This document shows positions 52,823 to 62,179 of a stretch of 64,000 nt of DNA, in pieces. Source of the stretch: an uncultured delta proteobacterium (lineage in GTDB: Bacteria > Myxococcota_A > Polyangia > Polyangiales > Polyangiaceae); assembly GCA_963696385.1 (NCBI GenBank), contig CAVOKF010000008.1, forward strand, positions 672,001 to 736,000. The letters are read 5' to 3'. The first letter of the stretch is position 1, and every line of letters starts with the position of its first letter. Made by a program: the position numbers and the translations under genes. The notes under the pieces were generated by a model. That model worked only from the letters and a program-made list of their open reading frames with translations, was not told the DNA's origin and did not search any database.

Positions 52823-54316
52823 TCAATTCACCGGCGTCTGTTGCGTGTAGTCGAGGAAGTTGCCGGTCAGCATGAGCAGCGACAAAACCCTCCACGACGA
52901 CGCGTAGTACTCGCCGCCCGCGAAGGCGTGGTCGGGCGCGACGAGGCCGTAGCCGTCGTTCAACAACGACGGGTACGACGACGAGCTCATGGCGCCGACG
53001 GCGGCAGGACCGACGAACGGGTCCGACAGAGGCGCCCGTACGCCGGCGTCGGGGGCCGGCGTGCCCGGGTTGGGCGTGCCGTTGAGGTTGTAGCCGTCGA
53101 CGATGTTGACCGCCCCGATGTTGCTGAAAAATGAGCTGATCTGCGCCAGGTACGCCGCCGCGCGCGGCTCGCCGTTGAAGCACCAATCGAGACCGATGCG
53201 GAAGGGCGTTCGGCACGCGTCGTACTGGTAGTAGAAAGGCTCACCCGAAGCGGCGGTGCACGGCGCGCCGCTGCCGTCGTTGCACCACCCCGGCACGACA
53301 CCGTTGCTCTGGTTGCCGTTGGCGCTGTTCAACGCGTCCGTGATGGTCGCATAGGATTGGTCGATGACGCCCCACCAGCCATCGCAGTTCTTCGATTGGG
53401 CATAGCCGGCGTCGGTATCGCGCGGACAGCTATTGGGGTCCACCTGGGCGAAGACGCGATAGTAGGAGGGGGCATAATAGGAAATGTTCTGATTGCCATT
53501 GGTTGCCCAGTCGCCGTCGCCCGCTCGAACCCACGCGTAGTTGTATATCTCGGTACTCCATATTTTCTGGATCTGGGTGACGGCCAGGCTCTTGTACGAC
53601 TGCTGCAACGTCCCCTGTCCACCCCACTGCCGATCGGCCATGACCAAGGCGAAGGCCATGTCCTCGTCGGCGTCGGTGGCCGCGCCGCTGCAGGAGGCGC
53701 CGGAGGAACCATTCGGCGCCCAGTTCATGAGTCCGTTCCCATCGAGATTTTTCTGTTCGTATTGCCACAAGCCGTCGAATAGGCTCGGGTCGTCCATGTA
53801 GACGGCCAGCAGCATCCCGTAGCCGATGCCTTCGGAGACGGTCGAGTTGAGCGGCCGGCACCCGTCGACTCCGTCGGTCGAGGTGCGTTGCACGCGCAAA
53901 TAACCCATCGCGTTGTCGCTCGTGACCAGATCGGTTTTCCACTTGGCGTAGGCCGCGACGACCGCGTCGTTCGAATACGCGGACGGATACGAGCAGCCAC
54001 TCGCTTGTCGGTTCTGGGGAAACGGAAAATTGGTCCCCCCGTCGGCCGGCGTCGGACCGCGCGACAGCGACTCCCCGCCGGCTTCTTGCGCCGACGATCC
54101 GGACCCGCCTTGCGCAGAGCTCTGCGCGCTACTGGACGAACTCGTCGGTCCCTCGTTGCCGGCATCGCTCTGCGGCATCGAGGGCGAGTACGTGGTGCCC
54201 TGCGGTCCACTGTCGGCCATCTCGGCCGCGCTGGATTCGAGCCGCTTGCAGCCGGTGCTCGCCACCAGGAGACAGGCGAAAACCAGCGTTCGATGTTCCG
54301 AGAAGCATGTTCGCAT
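52823..54316 (-). CDS. Glycoside hydrolase family 8 lipoprotein (endoglucanase-like)
   Basis: TVSEGIGYGML, GLMNW, ATDADEDMA, SYYAPSYY, YDACRTPFRIGLD; lipobox STG-C. Confidence 0.9.
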   Translation of the reverse strand: MRTCFSEHRTLVFACLLVASTGCKRLESSAAEMADSGPQGTTYSPSMPQSDAGNEGPTSSSSSAQSSAQGGSGSSAQEAGGESLSRGPTPADGGTNFPFPQNRQASGCSYPSAYSNDAVVAAYAKWKTDLVTSDNAMGYLRVQRTSTDGVDGCRPLNSTVSEGIGYGMLLAVYMDDPSLFDGLWQYEQKNLDGNGLMNWAPNGSSGASCSGAATDADEDMAFALVMADRQWGGQGTLQQSYKSLAVTQIQKIWSTEIYNYAWVRAGDGDWATNGNQNISYYAPSYYRVFAQVDPNSCPRDTDAGYAQSKNCDGWWGVIDQSYATITDALNSANGNQSNGVVPGWCNDGSGAPCTAASGEPFYYQYDACRTPFRIGLDWCFNGEPRAAAYLAQISSFFSNIGAVNIVDGYNLNGTPNPGTPAPDAGVRAPLSDPFVGPAAVGAMSSSSYPSLLNDGYGLVAPDHAFAGGEYYASSWRVLSLLMLTGNFLDYTQQTPVN

Positions 54317-54545
54317 TTGGCAATGCACCGTTGAGGCCCGCGACAGGCGCGGCGGCCAAGGTTTGCGGCTCACTCTTAGCACGCTCGGCCGGCACTTTGC
54401 GCCGTACCCGGCCGGTCGCCCGGACATCGGAGTACGGCGGCAGCAAACGTTTCCTGCCGCGCGGCAGGTCAATCCGGTCGAGTCGCGCTAGGCCTTGCGG
54501 CGACCCACCCGGTTCGTTGGCCGCGGCAACCCCCGCCACCCGCCC

Positions 54546-55709
54546 ATGTTCTCGCATCGATCGCACTTCGACGTGTCGCCCAACCGCATCTCGCGCGCGC
54601 TGTCCACCGCGCGGGCGATCGGGCGTCCCCTGCTCGATTTGACGGAGTCGAACCCGACCCAGGCGAACCTGCCGTACGACCGGACGGCGATTGTCGCCGC
54701 CCTGGCCTGCCCCGGCGCGTTGGTCTACGAACCGACCGCCTTTGGCCTGGCCGCCGCTCGGGAAGCTGTGGCCGATCACATTTCGGCGCACGGTCCCCAC
54801 GTCGATCCGTGCCGCGTCGTGCTGACGGCGAGCACGAGCGAAGCGTACGCATTCGCGTTCAAGATCCTGTGCGACCCGTCCGACGAAGTCCTCGTCCCCC
54901 AACCGAGCTACCCCCTGTTCGATCACCTCGCCGCACTCGAGGCCGTACGGGCCGTCCCGTACCGGCTCGCCTACGACGGCGCTTGGTACGTCGACCTCGC
55001 TTCGGTGCGCGCCGCGCTATCGGCCCGCACGCGAGCGATCGTATGCGTCAGCCCGAACAATCCGACCGGATCGTATCTGAAGCGCCACGAAGTCGAGGTC
55101 CTCGCTTCCTTCGGTTTGCCCATTGTGAGCGACGAAGTCTTCGCCCGCTACCCGCTGCGCGACGATGCCAGTCGCGCCACGTCGGCCCTGAGCGCCCCCG
55201 GCGCCCCGCTCATCGTTGCCCTCGGAGGACTCTCGAAGAGCGTCGGCCTGCCGCAAATGAAGCTCGCGTGGATGGCGCTCGCCGGCGACGACGCACGTGT
55301 CGGCGAGGCGCTCGAGCGGCTCGAGCTCGTCGCCGACGCGTTTCTTTCCGTGGCAACCCCCGTGCAGCGCATGACGGCCGCGCTGTTCGAGGCCGGGTCG
55401 ATCACCGAACGGGCGATCCGCGACCGCACGCGCAAAAACCTCGCCGGGCTGCAGGCCGCCGTCCGCGGATCGTCCGCGTCGCTGCTGGACGTCGAAGGGG
55501 GCTGGTACGCCGTCGTTCGCGTGCCGCGCACGCGATCGGACGAGGCGTGGGCGCTCGCATTCCTCGAACAAGACGGCGTCCTCGTCCACCCGGGCCACTT
55601 CTTCGACTTCGAGACGGACGGGCACTTGATCGTGAGTCTCATCACGCCGGAGGAGATTTTGAAGGACGGCTCGGCGCGGATTCTCGCCAGGCTTGCCCGC
55701 GAGGCTTGA
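54546..55709 (+). CDS. PLP-dependent aminotransferase class I/II
   Basis: LTASTSEAY, PSYPLF, SPNNPTG, SDEVF, GGLSKS.GLP..KLAW. Confidence 0.92.
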   Translation: MFSHRSHFDVSPNRISRALSTARAIGRPLLDLTESNPTQANLPYDRTAIVAALACPGALVYEPTAFGLAAAREAVADHISAHGPHVDPCRVVLTASTSEAYAFAFKILCDPSDEVLVPQPSYPLFDHLAALEAVRAVPYRLAYDGAWYVDLASVRAALSARTRAIVCVSPNNPTGSYLKRHEVEVLASFGLPIVSDEVFARYPLRDDASRATSALSAPGAPLIVALGGLSKSVGLPQMKLAWMALAGDDARVGEALERLELVADAFLSVATPVQRMTAALFEAGSITERAIRDRTRKNLAGLQAAVRGSSASLLDVEGGWYAVVRVPRTRSDEAWALAFLEQDGVLVHPGHFFDFETDGHLIVSLITPEEILKDGSARILARLAREA

Positions 55710-56178
55710 CGGCGTCCACGTCACCGGCTTCGCGGCGCTCCCGCATGGCCTTTCGGCTGAGATAAAGGACGATCACCACGTTGAGCGCAAACAGGGCGAA
55801 CCGGACGAGGTGTGGGTGTCGCACCAGCGCGACAATCTCGAACGGCAGCAGCGACCCGGTCGTGGCGACCACCAGCCACGGTCCCCACCATCGGCCGTGA
55901 AATAGCGCCCACCCCTCGACGAGGCTCGTGATTCCGTCCGCGGTAAGCGCCACGACGACCGTCCACAAGCCTCGCCGCGTCGCCGCACTCAAGATCAAAC
56001 GGGCCAGCGCCAGGCTCCACGCGTGGGTGTTGTGCCGCAATTGCCGCGCCAGCCCGACCAGGTGCTGCCCGAGACCCATTCGCATGGCGATGACCATGCC
56101 GAGGGCCAACACCAGCCAGAGTCCGCCCTTGACGAACTTGTAGGCGATGATCAGTACGAGCGCGCGCTCGCGTTGCAT
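55642..56178 (-). CDS. DUF2127-like membrane protein
   Basis: IIAYKFVKG, VEGWAL...WWGPWLVV..TGSLLPFEI, NVVIVLYL. Confidence 0.8.
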   Translation of the reverse strand: MQRERALVLIIAYKFVKGGLWLVLALGMVIAMRMGLGQHLVGLARQLRHNTHAWSLALARLILSAATRRGLWTVVVALTADGITSLVEGWALFHGRWWGPWLVVATTGSLLPFEIVALVRHPHLVRFALFALNVVIVLYLSRKAMRERREAGDVDAVKPRGQAWRESAPSRPSKSPPA

Positions 56179-56202
56179 GGCGGCGATTGTAGACTTGTTG
56201 GA

Positions 56203-57870
56203 ATGCTTTCGCGTTGCGCGCTGGTCGCCGTCGCACTCGGCTGCGGAGCCGCGTGCACGCAGCCGGTCTCGTCGAGCTCGCCGCCGACCATCGCGGGTCA
56301 TCCAATCCGCGTCGACGCCGAACGCAAACTGCTCGCCTGGACGGGGCAACCAGCGGTTGGGCCCGCCAGGGCGCAGCCGGGCCCCGCGGTCGACGCACCG
56401 TACGCCCGGGTGGCCCAGCTCGCCTGGCAAGCGCTCGAGACGAAGTTCGTGCCGCCCGACGCCGGGATGCCGATCTGGCTCGCCTACTCGCGATTCGACC
56501 CGGATACGTTCGACGGCGTCGCGTGGCCGCACAACCCCGCCGGGTTCTACGCGATGATCACGGACTCGGCCGTACTCTGGCACGCGTTCAGCGGCGACGA
56601 CGCCGCGGTCGATGTCGCCAGAACGGCCCTCGACTACCAGATGGCCCACGGAACGACGCCCGCGGACTGGGACTGGGCGCGGGTCCCTTACGCGAGCGCG
56701 GGCGCGGGCGATGCCGACTACCAGGGCGCCGACGACGCGTGGTGCGACTACTGCGGTCGAGGCGACGGGATCGGAGTCATCGAGCCGGACAAGGTCGGTG
56801 AACTCGGCTTCGCGTACGTGCAGATGTTCGAGCTGACGGGCGACGCGCGCTACGCAGGCGCCGCGATCGCATGCGCCGACGCTCTCGCCAAGCACGTGAG
56901 GCCCGGCGACGATCGGGTCTCTCCATGGCCCTTTCGCGTGTACGCGCTGACGGGGATCGCACGCGAAGAATATTCGTCCAACGTCATCGGAGCCATCATG
57001 CTGTTCGACGAGCTCGACCGCCTGTCGCTCGGCGACGTGACTTCGTACGCCGGCGCTCGCTCGCTCGCATTCGATTGGCTGATGCGCGTTCCGATCCACA
57101 ACGACGCGTGGAGCGGATACTTCGAAGACATCGAGATCCAATCCGATTCCACCCAGAATCCGAATCAGTATTCGGCCCTGCAGACCGCGCGCTGGCTGTT
57201 GACTCACCCCGACGCCGACTCGGAATGGCGCGAGCACGTCGCCCATCTGCTGGCCTGGGCGGTTCAGCTCTTCGGCGCCGACACCGCGACCGAGCGCGGC
57301 GTCCAATGGGGCGCCACCGTCATGAGCGAGCAGGCGGCCGACATGGCGAAAATGGGCAGTCACACGGCGCGACTCGGAGCGACACTTTCGCTTTGGTCGG
57401 AAGCGACCGCCGATCGCGCCGCGCGCGATCGAGCCGCGCGATCGCTCAACTGGGCAACGTACATGTGCGGCGAAGACGGCGTCGTTGCCGTGGGCGAGGA
57501 CAAGAACGAAGGCTATTGGTTCAGCGACGGGTACGGCGATTACATTCGGCACTTTCTCGTGGCCATGGCCGCGGTGCCGGAATGGGCGCCGGCGCTCGAA
57601 AACCACATCCTGCGATCCACCTCGATCGTGACGCAGGTCGCCTACGAGCCGTCACGGGTATCGTGGAGCACGTTCGACGCCGACTCGACCGAAACGCTCG
57701 GGCTTTCGGGGATGCCGTACGACGTGCGGGTCGAAGACGTCGCGCTCGACGAGCGTCCAGACCTCGACGACCAGGGCTACGAGCTGCGTCGGCTCAGCTC
57801 CGGCGGCGTTCTTCTGACGGTGCGCCACCGCTCCCCTGGTTCGGTCACGGTGGTGATGCATGGCGATTGA
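56203..57870 (+). CDS. Secreted hypothetical protein, probable (alpha/alpha) barrel of six-hairpin glycosidase-like type
   Basis: Signal/lipobox; Trp/Tyr/Asp-rich helical repeats (ELTGDARYAGAA, SPWPFRV, WSGYFED, WFSDGYGD). Confidence 0.65.
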   Translation: MLSRCALVAVALGCGAACTQPVSSSSPPTIAGHPIRVDAERKLLAWTGQPAVGPARAQPGPAVDAPYARVAQLAWQALETKFVPPDAGMPIWLAYSRFDPDTFDGVAWPHNPAGFYAMITDSAVLWHAFSGDDAAVDVARTALDYQMAHGTTPADWDWARVPYASAGAGDADYQGADDAWCDYCGRGDGIGVIEPDKVGELGFAYVQMFELTGDARYAGAAIACADALAKHVRPGDDRVSPWPFRVYALTGIAREEYSSNVIGAIMLFDELDRLSLGDVTSYAGARSLAFDWLMRVPIHNDAWSGYFEDIEIQSDSTQNPNQYSALQTARWLLTHPDADSEWREHVAHLLAWAVQLFGADTATERGVQWGATVMSEQAADMAKMGSHTARLGATLSLWSEATADRAARDRAARSLNWATYMCGEDGVVAVGEDKNEGYWFSDGYGDYIRHFLVAMAAVPEWAPALENHILRSTSIVTQVAYEPSRVSWSTFDADSTETLGLSGMPYDVRVEDVALDERPDLDDQGYELRRLSSGGVLLTVRHRSPGSVTVVMHGD

Positions 57871-58810
57871 CGCGCGGGGCTGCGCGCGTCAAAAAGGCCA
57901 GACGATGGTCCCGCGCCCGCCCGGCCGCGTTGCGCTCGTCGTCGAAGGAGGCGCCATGCGGGGAATTTTCGCCGCAGGCGTGCTCGACGTGTTCCTCGAG
58001 CAAGACTTTTGTCCGTTCGATCTCGCGCTCGGCGTTTCGGTCGGCGCATCGAACATGCTTTCGTATCTCGCGGGCCAGCACGGCCGCACGCGTCGGTGCT
58101 TTCTCGATCAGATGTCGCGCCCGGAGTTCATCGACCCGTGGCGTTTGCTCCGGGGCGGGCACGCCATGGATCTCGACTGGCTGTGGGACTCCATCGAGCG
58201 CGAGGACCCGCTCGACCGATCCGCCGCGGCGGCGAGCGGGGTCGAGTACGCGCTCGTGGCCACGTGCGCGCGAACGGGGCGACCGAGGTACCTGTCGCCC
58301 AACGCCGACGACATGCTCGCGGCGATCAAAGCCTCGTGCGCTCTGCCGGTACTCTACCGAAAGACGGTTGAATTCGGCGGCGATTCCTTCGTCGACGGCG
58401 GCATGAGCGACCCGCTTCCGGTTCGCGAAGCCTACCGGCGGGGGGCGCGCACGATCGTGGTCATCCGATCGCGAGCCACGCACTTCGTCAAAAAGACGAG
58501 AATCACCAACCATGTCAGCGCCTGGGTGATGCGTCGACACCCTGGAATCGCGCGAGCGTGCCGCTCGGCCGCACGAGCCTACGTCGACGGCGCGGCGTTC
58601 TTGGCGGCGCCGCCGGCCGATTGCGCGGTCATTCACGTCGCGCCCCACAGCCGGTTGGCCACCAGCAGGACGTCACGCGATCGCAGCGCGCTCGAGCGCG
58701 ATTACGCCCTCGGACGCGCCCTGGCTCGGGGCGCCATGGATCGCTTCGACCGCCCGATCGGCGCCCGATCCTCCTCTCAGCGACGCGCCGCGGACAACGC
58801 CACGGCGTAG
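57860..58810 (+). CDS. Patatin-like phospholipase family protein
   Basis: EGGAMRG, GVSVG nucleophile elbow, DGG; start 57860 or 57905. Confidence 0.9.
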   Translation: MAIDARGCARQKGQTMVPRPPGRVALVVEGGAMRGIFAAGVLDVFLEQDFCPFDLALGVSVGASNMLSYLAGQHGRTRRCFLDQMSRPEFIDPWRLLRGGHAMDLDWLWDSIEREDPLDRSAAAASGVEYALVATCARTGRPRYLSPNADDMLAAIKASCALPVLYRKTVEFGGDSFVDGGMSDPLPVREAYRRGARTIVVIRSRATHFVKKTRITNHVSAWVMRRHPGIARACRSAARAYVDGAAFLAAPPADCAVIHVAPHSRLATSRTSRDRSALERDYALGRALARGAMDRFDRPIGARSSSQRRAADNATA

Positions 58811-59058
58811 GCCACGGCGGCGACGATCCAGATCGCAGCTCGTACGCGCATGCGCTGCTGCCAACCCCACCAGGGCGCCAGCGGAACGACCCACAGCGCG
58901 ACGATCGCGCGCCAGCGCGGCCGGCGGCGCGTGAGGCCGAGGATCAAGGTCACGTGAACGGTGACGAGCGCGGCAAAGGCCACGACCAATGCGACGACAA
59001 CGAACAGGTCCTGGGTCACGGCATGGGTCCAAAGAGCGTCTTTTTCCGTCGACGGCAA
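58777..59058 (-). CDS. Small hypothetical membrane protein
   Basis: Three hydrophobic segments, VPLAPWWGW; start uncertain. Confidence 0.6.
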   Translation of the reverse strand: MPSTEKDALWTHAVTQDLFVVVALVVAFAALVTVHVTLILGLTRRRPRWRAIVALWVVPLAPWWGWQQRMRVRAAIWIVAAVAYAVALSAARR

Positions 59059-59128
59059 TCCCCCGACGACCGCCGCTGTCTACGCCATCGATTGCGCTCG
59101 CGCCGCGCCGGCGTAACGATGGCCGAGG

Positions 59129-59677
59129 ATGAAGCTTTACACGAAGACCGGCGACGACGGGACGACGGGGCTTTTCGGTGGCGTGCGCGTGCGCAAGGCG
59201 AGCGCGCGCGTCGACGCGTACGGAACGGTCGACGAGACGAACGCGGCGATCGGGATGGTTCGTGCTCTCGGCCCCGATCCCGCCATCGACGAGGTCCTCG
59301 TTCGCGCTCAGGCCGATCTGTTCGCCGTCGGCGCCGAGCTCGCCTGCGCGCCCGGCCGCGAGGCGAAACTCAACATCACGCTCGTGGGCACGACCGACAT
59401 CGATCGGCTCGAACGGGCCATCGACGAGGCGGACGCCGCATGCCCTCCGATCACCGTATTCGTCCTGCCGGGCGGAAGCCCCGCCGCGGCGGCCCTGCAC
59501 CTGGCGCGCACGGTATGCCGACGTGCCGAACGGGCGGTGCTGGCGATGGACGATGGCGCGCCGCGTCATGAGGTCGTCGTTTACTTGAATCGTCTGAGCG
59601 ACCTGCTCTTTGCCTTGGCGCGATGGGCCAACGTCAAAGCCGGCGTCGCAGACGTCCCGTGGCATCCGCGACACTAG
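59129..59677 (+). CDS. Cob(I)yrinic acid a,c-diamide adenosyltransferase (PduO type)
   Basis: MKLYTKTGDDGTT, YGTVDE, FVLPGG, RTVCRRAER, YLNRLSDLLF. Confidence 0.94.
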   Translation: MKLYTKTGDDGTTGLFGGVRVRKASARVDAYGTVDETNAAIGMVRALGPDPAIDEVLVRAQADLFAVGAELACAPGREAKLNITLVGTTDIDRLERAIDEADAACPPITVFVLPGGSPAAAALHLARTVCRRAERAVLAMDDGAPRHEVVVYLNRLSDLLFALARWANVKAGVADVPWHPRH

Positions 59678-60303
59678 TCTAGTCTATAGCCTGTTGCGAA
59701 ACGGGCGGCTGAGGCCGCGGTCGCCAAGGGGGGGCCCCGGTGGCTTGTGGCGGTCCGTTCGAAAGCAGCGTCCGCGCGCGGTCGACGGCTGCCGCTTCTG
59801 GTGGGGCGGCCGCACCCGACGCCGCCGACGGTCGGAGTCTCCGTTCGTCTTGCTGCGCGGTCGACCATGCCGACGACCCACGGCTGCGCATCGGCTTGTC
59901 GATGCGATCGACAAGCTGAGTGAAGGGACCCCGCCAGGATGATCATCGCGAACGTCGATATCGTCGCCGAAGGTGTGGTGATGAACGCGACGACGGAGAT
60001 CGCGACGGCGAGGATAGCGATCCACACTCCTCGGAGGATGAGGCGGAGCGAACGACGTCTGTCCGCGAAGCCACGTCCTTCGTCAAGGTTGGCAGACCTT
60101 CGCCAGGGCAGGTGCGCCAGCGCAAGTGCGCAGTTTGGTGGCCATCGACCGTCAGCAGCGCAAGTGCGCTGCTGAGTTCGTGTTCGCTCCTCGTCGACGC
60201 AAGCGAGCTGCACGACAGCGAGCGGCGCACGCCGAGGCCTGTGCCGAATCCACAGAATCGTCATCAGCAAGAGCGCGACAGCAGCCACCACGGAGAAGAT
60301 CAT
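59674..60303 (-). CDS. Putative IS passenger membrane protein (209 aa)
   Basis: ATG overlaps upstream TGA (TGATG); hydrophobic segments IFSVVAAVALLLMTILW and VWIAILAVAISVVAFITT..TFAMIILAG; reads through the left IR to a TAG in the flank. Confidence 0.45.
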   Translation of the reverse strand: MIFSVVAAVALLLMTILWIRHRPRRAPLAVVQLACVDEERTRTQQRTCAADGRWPPNCALALAHLPWRRSANLDEGRGFADRRRSLRLILRGVWIAILAVAISVVAFITTPSATISTFAMIILAGSLHSACRSHRQADAQPWVVGMVDRAARRTETPTVGGVGCGRPTRSGSRRPRADAAFERTATSHRGPPLATAASAARFATGYRLD

Positions 60304-60644
60304 CAAGTGCTCTCTTTTCGCGCACGTTCGAGCACGCGGTCCTTGTTGAGAACGGCGAGCTCGCGCAAGCGTTGCTGGAGCGTTTGCCAAGCGTCGATGC
60401 CGCGGCGAATGTCCTCATGTGCGGCCTTGGGGACGTAGTAGCCGGTCGTCTTGCCGTCGCCGCGATAGCTCACGTAGAGATGCGGCCCGTGCTTCGGCCC
60501 TTCGCCGTGGCAACGGCAACCGGCGTTGCCGCACGTGCGGTAGGTTTCCGAGACAGAGCCGAAGATCGCCACCTCCGCGAGCCGAGCGATCTCGCCCACG
60601 AGCTTGTTGCGGCGGTCACGCCGCGCGTTTGGTTTGGGCATCAT
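60303..60644 (-). CDS. DUF6788-like Cys/His-rich small protein
   Basis: GSVSETYRTCGNAGCRCHGEGPKHGPHLY...GKT..YYVP; overlaps the transposase 3' end. Confidence 0.78.
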   Translation of the reverse strand: MMPKPNARRDRRNKLVGEIARLAEVAIFGSVSETYRTCGNAGCRCHGEGPKHGPHLYVSYRGDGKTTGYYVPKAAHEDIRRGIDAWQTLQQRLRELAVLNKDRVLERARKEST

Positions 60645-62052
60645 GCTCTATTTTTCGTCTTTCGCGAACGCGCGCGATGGACACGAGGTTGTTCGCGATG
60701 ATGCTCCAACCGACGTATCGTTTGAAGCCACGGTCGCCCTTGTAGTGCGCGCGCACCATGCCGAAGCGATGCTTGAGCGTTCCGATGCGGGCCTCGATCC
60801 CGGCGCGCCATCGCAGTGCGCGTCGGAACCAACGCTGTTTCTGGTGCTTCTTGCGTTTGCTGGAGAGGGGACCTCGTGCGGGGATGGCGACACGATCGAC
60901 GCCGGACTTGCGCGCCGTGGATTCATTCTCGGCGGAGAAGAAACCTCGGTCGGCCGTTGCCGTCTTCGGCGCGCGCCCGAAAATCGTTTTGTGTTGCGAA
61001 ATGGCCAATGCCCACGCGCCCGAGTCGGCGGGATTACCATCCTTGACGTCGTAGCTGCTGACGATCCCGTTCTCGACTTCGTCGACCTGCACGAGGCGGC
61101 CGAACTCGGTGGGCTTGTGCGCCTTGCCCTTGCGGATGGCCTGGGTGTGCTCCTCGAAAAGGCTGAGAATCTTTCCGACGACGTGCGTGTCGCCCTTGAA
61201 GACACGGGCCTTGGTTTGGGAGATCACCTTCTTGATGAGGGGCACGAAATGATCGAGGCGCGCCGCTTGGCCAATCACGCGCTTCGCGTTACCCACGACG
61301 GCAAGTCGGTTCTCTTTCAAGTCGCTCTGGACCCTCTCCGCTTGACGGACGGCGTGTCGCATGAACCCGAGCAGCTTGCCGTAGCTCTGCTTCATGCGCT
61401 CTCGATTCGCGTCGGTCATGACCTTCGCCGCGCGATGGATCTCGAGGACGCGATGCTTGGCGGCGCGCGCGTGATCGGTGACCTTCACGGCGCCCTTGGC
61501 GCACTCGCTTGAGATGCCCTTGAGCGCGCGCGTGACCACACGGATGCCGTCCTGGAGAAGGGAGCTGTCGGTCGGATGGTGCACGTTGCTCTCGACGACG
61601 GTCGTATCGGTGCGCAGCTTGTTGCCTGGCGCAACGCGATCGACGCGCGCCTTCTGGACGAGACGCTCGTGGATGGCGCGCGTGCCCTCGTCGCCGAGCG
61701 AAGCGAACGAACGGCTAAAGGTCGCGAAGTTAGGGATGGCGTCCTGATCGAAGCGAGTGAAGCGGCGGTACACGAGGCTGGCGCGCAGCTCGCGCTCGAG
61801 TTGGCGCAACGACCACTGCTTGATGTGCTTGAGCGCGCAGCAACGAAGAAGTCGGTCGGGCGAGATTCCTCGGCGCCCCGTCGTACGTGACCTCTCGTGA
61901 CGCCGCTCGAGTCGGTGCTGCACGAGCGCGACAAGCTCCTCGTCGTCGAGCAGCTGGTCGATCGGCTCGAGCAGGTCGTCCTTGATGAGAGAGGCTTGCC
62001 GATCGAAGGCGACATAGAAGAGCGAGGACTGCCGATGAAGGCGACCAACCAT
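60616..62052 (-). CDS. DDE transposase (ISNCY/IS5-like)
   Basis: LRTDTTVVESNVHHPTDS (D), IRKGKAHKPTEFG, ATADRGF (D), RAGIEARIGTLKH (E), ANNL; intact 478 aa. Confidence 0.93.
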   Translation of the reverse strand: MVGRLHRQSSLFYVAFDRQASLIKDDLLEPIDQLLDDEELVALVQHRLERRHERSRTTGRRGISPDRLLRCCALKHIKQWSLRQLERELRASLVYRRFTRFDQDAIPNFATFSRSFASLGDEGTRAIHERLVQKARVDRVAPGNKLRTDTTVVESNVHHPTDSSLLQDGIRVVTRALKGISSECAKGAVKVTDHARAAKHRVLEIHRAAKVMTDANRERMKQSYGKLLGFMRHAVRQAERVQSDLKENRLAVVGNAKRVIGQAARLDHFVPLIKKVISQTKARVFKGDTHVVGKILSLFEEHTQAIRKGKAHKPTEFGRLVQVDEVENGIVSSYDVKDGNPADSGAWALAISQHKTIFGRAPKTATADRGFFSAENESTARKSGVDRVAIPARGPLSSKRKKHQKQRWFRRALRWRAGIEARIGTLKHRFGMVRAHYKGDRGFKRYVGWSIIANNLVSIARVRERRKIEHDAQTKRAA

Positions 62053-62179
62053 GCATAATCGATTACATCGAGTAGGCCTTCCGTCAAGTGAAATCGGCTC
62101 GAAATTTCGACGATGTGCCACGCCGCCCACGCGCACGCTTCGGCATTACAAGGTCGGACGCCCGCGCTTTCGCAACAGG

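Noticed and set aside
59943..60230. Alternative 95-aa ORF inside the IS passenger region
   Set aside because: Ser/Arg-rich with no coupling or SD; the overlapping frame has coupled initiation and TM segments
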